A stretch of DNA of 36,929 nt, from contig CAZWTX010000027.1 of assembly GCA_964637135.1 (NCBI GenBank), forward strand, positions 1 to 36,929, given 5' to 3'. Below, piece by piece: positions 29,556 to 36,929 of this stretch. The notes below the pieces were generated by a model. It saw only the letters and a program-made list of their open reading frames with translations. It made no database searches and had not been told where the DNA came from. Position 1 is the first letter of the stretch. Each line of letters starts with the position of its first letter. The position numbers were made by a program, and so were the translations under genes. Source of the stretch: an uncultured Methanospirillum sp. (lineage in GTDB: Archaea; Halobacteriota; Methanomicrobia; Methanomicrobiales; Methanospirillaceae).

Positions 29556-30138
29556 TATTGTTTCAGATGATTTCCGAAAAAAACCGGATACAGGCCCTGC
29601 TCATCAAGAAGACCGCCGGGGATATCCATCCTGATACAACCGTCGCTTCTTCAGTCGTTCTCCTGGACGGACAAAAAGGCTCCTGTTCGGGGTCCCTGCT
29701 CAGTCCTTGCACTGAATTCACAATTTGAAAGCAATTTCTCCCGGTTTTATCCAGGCTCCTTATCACCTGTTTCAGCACATGCTGGTATGTCACAGGAGTT
29801 TCCTGTGAATGCATCGGTCGGGTCATCCGATCTTCCCGGTGGTATCATGCCTGCTTCAGGTGAAAAAATCAGATCCGAACAGAAACATACCATGTCCTCC
29901 TGCATACCATCCATACCCTCCATACTCATCAGTCCTCCTGAATTCACCTGGAGCGGACTTTTCTCCGGGATTGTCTCCCCCGGCTGCAAAGGAACAATTT
30001 CACATGTCCCTTCCGCCTCCCGGTCAGTGATCCGGTACCGGGAACAGATCGATCCCGATCTCCCGGAAGGGATTCTTGACCTCATGTATCCGGACAGTAC
30101 CTTCCTTGGGCATCTTGAAGCCCTGCATTATCTGAACT

Positions 30139-31284
30139 TTACCGATCGATGACCGGGGTTTCCTCCTCCGGCACCCCGCTGTTGTGATTTCCCTCTTCTT
30201 CCGGTTGCCCGGTTAACGCGATCACATTCCGGTCATGTTCATGACAATGGTGAAGATCAGGAGTATGCGGGTGTTCATGGGTACACGCTTCATGCTGGTG
30301 AGGATGGGCATGATCGATACTGGTCTTCATACCCGGGTGTTCATGGTCATGGTGGCTATCAGGATGGGTATGCCGGTGATCGTGGACCTGCACTGCATGG
30401 ACATGCAGGTGACCATGCCGTTCGGTCACGATTAACCACGCCCCGGATGCCATCAATACGATTGCCAGATACTCCGGGAGACCCGGAACCTCTCCCAGAA
30501 CAAGGAATGATACCACGACACCAATGAACGGTGCGGCAGCAAAGAGGGACCCGGTTCGTGCCGCTCCCAGAATCCGGATTGCCCGCACAAAGAAGAGGAT
30601 GGAACAGCCGTATCCGAGCATACCCGCGATGAGTGCCCCGGGAACCAGGGAGAGGGGAGGAAGCGGTTCGGCTGCCATGATGGCGATCAGGAATGATACC
30701 GCTGCGGCCCCGAGACCCTTGATGATCACAAGGGCTGCGGGATCTTTTCCTGATATCCTTCCCGTGGCATTGTTGTCAATTCCCCAGCAGAAACATGCGG
30801 CGACGATGAGGAGTGCAGCCGGGGCATACCCGAAGGGAGCTGCCGGGTCGACGGTGAGAACGATGCTAGCCACGAGAATGGTAAGGATTGCCAGCGTCAT
30901 GCGACGGTTCAGGGGTTCATGGAAAAAGAGCCAGGCAATCAGGGCCGTCATCACCAGTTCTCCGTTGAGGAGGAGGGAAGCGGTACCAGCAGGGATTGCA
31001 GAGAGCCCGAACATCAGGAGGATCGGACCGACAACTCCCCCGCTCAGGATCATCACGATAATCCAGGGGAGATCCCCCCTGCTCACCGCGGCTTCACAGG
31101 AGATGTGGGTGGATAATCCCATTCTCAGAATTCCGAGACCAAGCCCGGCTCCCAGATAGAAGAGTCCGGCAAGGGTTACCGGGGCGATCCCGCTAAGAAG
31201 CGTTTTTGCAACCGGCGCAACACTTCCAAACAGGGCAGCGGCAAGCAGCACCGATAAAAGTGCATCGCGTTCAGTCCGGTTCAT
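30139..31284 (-). CDS. DMT/EamA-family transporter with His-rich C-terminal tail
   Basis: About 10 TM segments, AGLFYLGAG, ASLLLNGE, WGIDNN, GAARTG, PFIG. The tail has 23 His in 61 residues. Confidence 0.9.
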   Translation of the reverse strand: MNRTERDALLSVLLAAALFGSVAPVAKTLLSGIAPVTLAGLFYLGAGLGLGILRMGLSTHISCEAAVSRGDLPWIIVMILSGGVVGPILLMFGLSAIPAGTASLLLNGELVMTALIAWLFFHEPLNRRMTLAILTILVASIVLTVDPAAPFGYAPAALLIVAACFCWGIDNNATGRISGKDPAALVIIKGLGAAAVSFLIAIMAAEPLPPLSLVPGALIAGMLGYGCSILFFVRAIRILGAARTGSLFAAAPFIGVVVSFLVLGEVPGLPEYLAIVLMASGAWLIVTERHGHLHVHAVQVHDHRHTHPDSHHDHEHPGMKTSIDHAHPHQHEACTHEHPHTPDLHHCHEHDRNVIALTGQPEEEGNHNSGVPEEETPVIDR

Positions 31285-31676
31285 CAGTATTCATTGTGCC
31301 GTGCAGGAGAAAGAATTCATTCTTCGGGTTGATGAGCAAGAAGATGAGATTTCAGTCTCTTTTCCAGTATCCTTGAAAAGATCCCCCCAGAAATCAGCAC
31401 TCCTGCTTCTACCGGATAATCCGTTTCTGAATTCTTTCTCCTCCTGCTGGTGATCTGTTCCCCCGGATCGGGACGTTTTCTCTAACAAAAAGCTTTTAAT
31501 CGGGGGATTTCCCGTTCTTCTGGTGAACCGGGCATGAATCCTGGGCGTATGGACCTGATACCATCTCCGGTCCATAGTTATGCGCATGATCCCGGTCACT
31601 CCGGTGATTCAGTTCTCCTTTCCGGTTCCAAAGAGTTATGTTCAACCATGACCCATCCTCACTGATTGCGGGGTTG

Positions 31677-32585
31677 ATGTGTTTGAACAGGATTCTGATA
31701 GTAATTCTTCTAATGGCTATTTGCGCCATACCGCTGTGTGGCGCTGCAAAAACAGTTCTGGGTGACCAGAATGTGAGTATCCCTACGATGGGGTACCTCG
31801 AGATCCGATCGACCCAGGAAGGGGCGAGGGTCTATTTTGACGGCAATTTCATGGGCCACATCGCGAACGGGACCCTGAAAGTCCCTGTTGATACCCATGC
31901 AACCGGAAGTTGGAGAGATCTCATCCTTGAATATACCGGGATGAATACGTATGTCGGCCCGCTGCCGGAGCCCCTGGCCGGAAAAACCGTTGCTATCAAC
32001 GTCGAAATGAATACGGCCGGGTATCAGCAGATGGGAATTGTTGATTATAAGAGCAGTCCTCCGGGTGCAGAGATAAAAATCGGGAATGTGAGTTATGGCA
32101 CCTCTCCTGACTCCGGTGTGCTGGTTCTCCATACCATCCCTGAGGGATTATACCCCTTTGAGGTCATTCACCCGGGGAATCTGACCGAGAGAAGTACCCA
32201 GATCGTGAATGCGAATGCCATTCTGACCTATGAGGTGATCCTGAAACCGGCAGTTACGGGAACTCTGGAGATTCAATCCACTCCTGGTAACGCGGAGATC
32301 TTCATAAATAACCGGTATGAAGGATTTAGTCCGCTCCAGATACCTGATCTTCCGGTTGGTACCCATTCCATGCTGGTCAAACATGAGGGATACCAGGACT
32401 GGACCGGTAATGTCACCGTGACCGGGGGAAGTCCGGACCCGGTGGACGTGGTACTGGTTTCTCTCCCTGAAACTCCTCCATGTTCCCCGACCCCGGCAAC
32501 CGGACAGCGATCACCCTCACCCATTGCTGCAGTAATCGGTGCCATCGTGATAATCTGCGGCATTATCTGGCAGACACGGAGATAA
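31677..32585 (+). CDS. PEGA-domain surface protein with signal peptide and C-terminal TM anchor
   Basis: STQEGARVYFDG, SSPPGAEI, STPGNAEIFINN...GYQDWTGNVTV, and a C-terminal TM plus RR. Alternative start at 31638. Confidence 0.85.
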   Translation: MCLNRILIVILLMAICAIPLCGAAKTVLGDQNVSIPTMGYLEIRSTQEGARVYFDGNFMGHIANGTLKVPVDTHATGSWRDLILEYTGMNTYVGPLPEPLAGKTVAINVEMNTAGYQQMGIVDYKSSPPGAEIKIGNVSYGTSPDSGVLVLHTIPEGLYPFEVIHPGNLTERSTQIVNANAILTYEVILKPAVTGTLEIQSTPGNAEIFINNRYEGFSPLQIPDLPVGTHSMLVKHEGYQDWTGNVTVTGGSPDPVDVVLVSLPETPPCSPTPATGQRSPSPIAAVIGAIVIICGIIWQTRR

Positions 32586-32586
32586 C

Positions 32587-33249
32587 ATGCCCTCCATCTC
32601 CCCCCTGTTTTTTCTCATTCTTGCCCTCTTCCTCATCACGGAAGCTGGCGGGATTGTCATCAGCGATGGAGAACCGGAACTGGCCGGCGGAGCAGAGGGG
32701 CCACTCATCACCGCTCCCCTGTATGTGGACGGGGAGCCGGCCGGTATGATCATCTCAATTGACAGCACTCCTGCCGGAACGGTGAATGAGAATGGGGTTC
32801 TTGACCTGGAGGATGTTCCGGTCGGTGATCACCTCGTTCATGCTGCCCTGGAGGGATATATCCCCCAGGATATCCAGGTAATGGTCGGGGAAGGGCTGCC
32901 AACTCACATCAGGATAACCCTGCTTCCGGAAACAACCGGAACCATTCGCGTCTCTTCGGTTCCCGACCGGGTTCAGGTATTCCTGGATGATAATTACCGG
33001 GGAATAACACCTCTTGCCCTGGATGACATTCAGACCGGTGACCATTCCCTGATCCTCCGTCTTCCCGGGTACCAGGACTGGACCAGTCAGGTCACGGTCA
33101 TGGGGGGAGAACCATCAGAGGTGAATGGAAGACTGACAAAGATCCTTGATACCAGCCCGGTTCAGACAGAACAGTCACCAGCCGGTGCCGGGGTGCTGGT
33201 ATCACTCGTGATTGCACTGGCCCTTGTCAGCCTGGCAGGAAAACAATAA
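32587..33249 (+). CDS. PEGA-domain surface protein
   Basis: Signal peptide, SVPDRVQVFLDDNYRGITP...GYQDW, C-terminal TM. Confidence 0.85.
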   Translation: MPSISPLFFLILALFLITEAGGIVISDGEPELAGGAEGPLITAPLYVDGEPAGMIISIDSTPAGTVNENGVLDLEDVPVGDHLVHAALEGYIPQDIQVMVGEGLPTHIRITLLPETTGTIRVSSVPDRVQVFLDDNYRGITPLALDDIQTGDHSLILRLPGYQDWTSQVTVMGGEPSEVNGRLTKILDTSPVQTEQSPAGAGVLVSLVIALALVSLAGKQ

Positions 33250-33290
33250 TTCGCTGTTTCCTGGTGTAATTCGACATTATTTCTGGTGAT

Positions 33291-34187
33291 ATGATGAAAA
33301 ACGTAATAATCTGTGCAGTGCTGCTTCTTCTCGCACTTGGCCTCTCCGCTCCGGTCGGAGCAAAACCGGCAGGAGAAACGGGGTACTATGAAGTACGGTC
33401 AAATATTGAGAACGCCTCCGTGAGCCTGGATGGTGTTTATTCCGGGAATATCCTGGATGGTATGCTTCGTATCGCGGTTCCGGCCGGAAACAGGCCGGTT
33501 AACCGCGAACTGCGGATCGAGGCTGCGGGATACGAACCCTACCGTGAGACCGTGGTCAAGGCACCGAAGGCCGGGGAGGTCGTGGTCCTCAGGGGAACCC
33601 TCCGGAGCCTTCCGGTAACAAGATCCGGCACGCTCAGGCTGGCGGTCACCCCACCGGGAGGGAACGTCTCCCTTGACGGGGTTCATAAGGGGTTTGTAAG
33701 TCCCTCCGGGATTCTCGTACTCCGCGGGTTGTCACCCGGAAACCAGATCCTGCATATTGAGCGTGAAGGATACCAGAACGTGACCAAACGCGTCTATGTC
33801 GAGCCAAACGTGGAGACCCAGATGCGGTTTACCCTTCTTCCTCTCACAAAAGGGAGTCTCCTGATCTCTTCGCAGCCTGAAGGGGCACAAATAAGCCTTA
33901 ACGGGGAAATCACCGGGATTACTCCCCTACAGATTCCCGATGTGCCGGAGGGACCATACCAGGTTCGTCTCATTCTCACCGGGTACCAGGTCTGGAATGG
34001 ATTCGTGTCGGTTGTTCCCGGACAGAACGCTGAGATAAATGCCGTTCTCGTTCAGGAATCCGTCTCTGCCGCTGAACCGGCTACAGAAGAGACACAGCCC
34101 CTGCCTACCCGGGCAGCAGGCCTCCTGCCGGTTTCCATTCTCTCTGCCATCGCAGGAACACTCCTGCTGATCCAAAAAAGAGAGTAA
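33291..34187 (+). CDS. PEGA-domain surface protein
   Basis: Signal peptide, three PEGA-like units, SQPEGAQISLNGEITGITP, C-terminal TM plus KRE. Confidence 0.85.
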   Translation: MMKNVIICAVLLLLALGLSAPVGAKPAGETGYYEVRSNIENASVSLDGVYSGNILDGMLRIAVPAGNRPVNRELRIEAAGYEPYRETVVKAPKAGEVVVLRGTLRSLPVTRSGTLRLAVTPPGGNVSLDGVHKGFVSPSGILVLRGLSPGNQILHIEREGYQNVTKRVYVEPNVETQMRFTLLPLTKGSLLISSQPEGAQISLNGEITGITPLQIPDVPEGPYQVRLILTGYQVWNGFVSVVPGQNAEINAVLVQESVSAAEPATEETQPLPTRAAGLLPVSILSAIAGTLLLIQKRE

Positions 34188-34190
34188 TCC

Positions 34191-34198
34191 TTTTTTTT
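34191..34198 (+). terminator. Oligo-T terminator after the PEGA genes
   Basis: T8 three nt after the stop at 34187. Confidence 0.55.
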
Positions 34199-35048
34199 AT
34201 CCACGCGGCCCGAAGGTATCCTCGAAGATCTTATAAGATTCCCCGTTCTTGTACCGGACTTTCACCTGGATCTTGTCAATACCGTTTGTTCCCTGGATCT
34301 CGGTCGTAGCACCCATGTTACTGGTAAGGGGATTGGTAACCGTTGATCCATCGGAAAGGACACCGTGGACGTCGATTGAACTTACCAGCGATTGTCCGTG
34401 TCCTCCCCGGAAAGTTGCCGTAATCACCCGGTAAATGGGATCCTTGTCCACCTCAACAGAGACATCAAGGTTCCTCGGTGGTTTCTCGACCGGACCGGCG
34501 AATTCCCCATCATCAGCCGCGATCATGGTTTCGGTTGGCTCGGCTGTCTGCGTGATCTCGTCGGCCCGGGTAAGACTCAGTTCAGTATCAAGGATCTTAT
34601 ACGAGTCACCGTTCATGAAGGTCACCGCGACCTGTACACGGTCTGTCCCGCGTGTTCCGTTGATATCGACCTCATCTCCCTTTCCGGTTCCGAGTGGCAT
34701 TTCGATGATCTGCCCGTCAGAGAGATCTGCCCTGACCTCCATCGACTGGATTAAATCCTGCCCGAGTCCTCCGTCAAAGGTGACCGTTATCGTTCCGTAT
34801 ACCGGATCCTTGTCAGCGCTCACCGCGACCGAGAGTTCATCCGGCGGCTGGCTGACCGGCTGATCAAAGACTGAGGGTTCTGCAGGTTCGGGAACGGGTG
34901 TATCAGTCTCAGGTATCTCCGGAGTCTGGGTGATCTCAGTCACCGGTACAGGGGGCACCTCTGCCGGTTCATTTGAGGTACATCCGGTTACAATGACAAA
35001 ACCGATGAAAATGCACAGGAGAAGTGCAACAATTCCTCTCCGTTTCAT
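34197..35048 (-). CDS. Predicted lipoprotein with two tandem copies of a ~90-aa beta-rich domain
   Basis: MKRR + hydrophobic stretch + VTGC lipobox. Repeats DKDPVYGTITVTFDGGLGQ...NGDSYKI and DKDPIYRVITATFRGGHGQ...NGESYKI. Confidence 0.8.
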   Translation of the reverse strand: MKRRGIVALLLCIFIGFVIVTGCTSNEPAEVPPVPVTEITQTPEIPETDTPVPEPAEPSVFDQPVSQPPDELSVAVSADKDPVYGTITVTFDGGLGQDLIQSMEVRADLSDGQIIEMPLGTGKGDEVDINGTRGTDRVQVAVTFMNGDSYKILDTELSLTRADEITQTAEPTETMIAADDGEFAGPVEKPPRNLDVSVEVDKDPIYRVITATFRGGHGQSLVSSIDVHGVLSDGSTVTNPLTSNMGATTEIQGTNGIDKIQVKVRYKNGESYKIFEDTFGPRG

Positions 35049-35129
35049 ACCAATACAAGGTTGTTGTTATTATTATTACCCAACCATACAAGGTTTGTAC
35101 CGATAGGATCCTGCCTGGTGAATGATAAA

Positions 35130-35606
35130 ATGGGACGACCAAAGAACGGCTTTGAAAAGATAATTGCACAGGTTCTTGAGAGCGGGGCAGACACCATTGC
35201 AGAAGAATGGATAGCGGCAATAAAGGAGGATTATGGTCGTGCTCCGCTGATCTTTGAGCGAATGGCAGAGCGGCCGGAGGTACTGATCTCTCATCTCCTG
35301 TACAAAAACTCGGTTCTGAAAACCGGGACGATTGAACCGAAGAACGTGGAACTGATCAGCCTTGCGGTCTCTTCGGCACTGAGATGCAACTATTGCACGA
35401 ACTATCATATCGAGGCTGCTCTTAAAAAGGGGGCTAATAAAGATGAGATTCTCGAGGCAATCCTGATCGCCGGCCTGACTTCGCAGTCATCGGTCCTCGC
35501 GGATGCGTACCGGACGTATGCCGAGAGTTTTGACGGGTGTCCGGAATGTGCCATGAAAGTGCCTGAGCCCGTCACGGGGAGCGACGACGACCCCGGTTCC
35601 CCGTAA
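35130..35606 (+). CDS. Carboxymuconolactone decarboxylase / AhpD-family protein
   Basis: ELISLAVSSALRCNYCTNYHIEAALKKGANKDEILEAI. Start placed at MGRPK. Confidence 0.88.
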   Translation: MGRPKNGFEKIIAQVLESGADTIAEEWIAAIKEDYGRAPLIFERMAERPEVLISHLLYKNSVLKTGTIEPKNVELISLAVSSALRCNYCTNYHIEAALKKGANKDEILEAILIAGLTSQSSVLADAYRTYAESFDGCPECAMKVPEPVTGSDDDPGSP

Positions 35607-36929
35607 CCGGATATCCGTTCGTGGTGGATGTCCGGTGAGCCGGATCCGGGGGAACAAGGAATCGGGGTCCATACCCGATTAAATCCTCCCGTCCTGCTGA
35701 TATCAGTCCCCTCCTGATATAATCGTGGTTTTTTTCATCTTTCCAGTGGAGTATTGCCCGCTGGATCTGCTTCTCTGCGTGCTTTGGGACATGGACTGCT
35801 TGTCCTGTCGTCGGATCACACCCGGTCACATACATGCAGGTTGATGCGGTCATCGGTGTGGGGGTGAAATCCTGGACCTGTTCGGGGTATATCCCGGTTT
35901 GATGCAGGTATTCCGCGAGTTCGATCATATCCGTGATCTCGCATCCCGGATGGCCTGATATGAGATACGGGACGAGGTACTGGCGTGGCTTTTTCTCCCG
36001 CTGAACCTCTTCAAATGCCGCCCTGAACGCCAGGAATGTCGCATGCTGTGGCTTATGCATGAGCGATAGAACCCGGTCTGAAACATGTTCGGGTGCAACC
36101 TTGAGATGTCCGGAGACATGCCGGCATACCCGCCTGATGATCTCCTGGTCCGGAGGAAGGAGATCATACCTGATTCCTGACCCGATGAACACGTGCTTGA
36201 CTCCGGGAATCGCCTCTGCCGCATCCAGGAGTTCGAGGTAGTCATTGATACCGGATCTGACGCTGCCACAGGTGATGCAGTCCCTATCGGGGCATGGCCC
36301 ACAGGTCTCCCATTTCAGGCATGCATCGCCGAACATGTTGGCACTCGGCCCGCCGATATCCGATATAATTCCTGCAAATCCTTTCATACGGGAGATATGT
36401 TCGATTTCCCGGAGAATGGATTCCCGGCTTCGTGACTGGATGATCCCGGTCTGGTGCATGGCCAGGGCACAGAATGAACAATTTCCATAGCACCCCCGGT
36501 GCGAAATGACAGAAAACCGTACCGGTTCAAGCGCAGGAACCGGCTCCCTATACGAGGGATGGGCTACCCTCCGGTATGGCAGTTCGTACATGGTGTCCAG
36601 TTCCCTGCTGGTTAGCGGTCGTGCCGGCGGGTTTTGTATGATCAGGGTTTTCGGGTGTTTCTGGAGAATTTTTTGCCCACAAACCGGATTTTGCCCGGAT
36701 ACGATCCTTTCCCAGGCGTGTGCGAACGCAAGGGGATCATCCCGGACCTCCTCGTATGACGGTATGGTAATCATCTCCCCGCCGGAGATGGACCCGGCCT
36801 CATGAACCGGTGCTTTCCAGACCGTCCCCCTGATATCCCTGAGTCCGGCCGCCGGTTCTCCAAGAGAAAGCCGTGTGGCGATCTCGCAGAGGGGACGCTC
36901 CCCCATGCCGAAGACCAGGAGATTTGCAG
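35572..36929 (-). CDS. YgiQ (UPF0313) family radical SAM protein, 5' end outside the window
   Basis: The frame continues upstream as ANLLVFGMGE. Motifs HRGCYGNCSFC, SDIGGPSANM, SGIRYDL, HVSGHLKVAPEH, PYLISGHPG, EQVQDFTPTPMT. Confidence 0.92.
   Translation of the reverse strand, partial: ANLLVFGMGERPLCEIATRLSLGEPAAGLRDIRGTVWKAPVHEAGSISGGEMITIPSYEEVRDDPLAFAHAWERIVSGQNPVCGQKILQKHPKTLIIQNPPARPLTSRELDTMYELPYRRVAHPSYREPVPALEPVRFSVISHRGCYGNCSFCALAMHQTGIIQSRSRESILREIEHISRMKGFAGIISDIGGPSANMFGDACLKWETCGPCPDRDCITCGSVRSGINDYLELLDAAEAIPGVKHVFIGSGIRYDLLPPDQEIIRRVCRHVSGHLKVAPEHVSDRVLSLMHKPQHATFLAFRAAFEEVQREKKPRQYLVPYLISGHPGCEITDMIELAEYLHQTGIYPEQVQDFTPTPMTASTCMYVTGCDPTTGQAVHVPKHAEKQIQRAILHWKDEKNHDYIRRGLISAGREDLIGYGPRFLVPPDPAHRTSTTNGYPVTGNRGRRRSP

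Noticed and set aside
31206..31223. TTGCAACCGGCGCAACAC, a near-copy of the palindrome, and a lone GTTGCAAC at 21910
   Set aside because: Imperfect or half sites inside coding sequence, compatible with chance.
31291..31599. 102-aa minus-strand ORF upstream of the DMT gene
   Set aside because: No recognisable motif or SD; probably a divergent promoter region.
35741..35750. TTCCAGTGGA, an ORB-like word
   Set aside because: Single copy inside a CDS, with no G-string and no cdc6.

Overview
Chromosomal window from a hydrogenotrophic methanogen. Gene content and order point to Methanomicrobiales, probably Methanospirillum-like (inference). Left to right: a partial DadD/MtaD-type deaminase, non-discriminating aspS, a core (MesA-type) methionine synthase, a membrane-anchored wHTH regulator with a small partner, an acyl-CoA ligase, cdc48, and larC-radB-NosD. 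Next is a lower-GC block containing a DUF2225-like/beta-helix fusion and two TPR genes, then a degenerate K+-channel-like gene and an R15P isomerase-form III RuBisCO-dapF operon. After that come a DSAGT HAD protein and the MCR-activation cluster atwA-mmp3-6-5-15-17-7, a His-rich DMT transporter, three PEGA surface proteins, a lipoprotein, a CMD/AhpD protein and a partial YgiQ radical SAM gene. I saw no tRNA, rRNA, CRISPR array or transposase. The strongest unexplained signal is an identical 20-bp perfect palindrome, TGTTGCAACCGGTTGCAACA, at two intergenic sites 25 kb apart. Other unexplained signals are a nested multi-stem element at 15131-15235, a 31-aa small ORF with TATA box and strong SD upstream of the MCR-activation region, and the DUF2225-beta-helix fusion. 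All family assignments come from reading motifs by eye, not from database searches.
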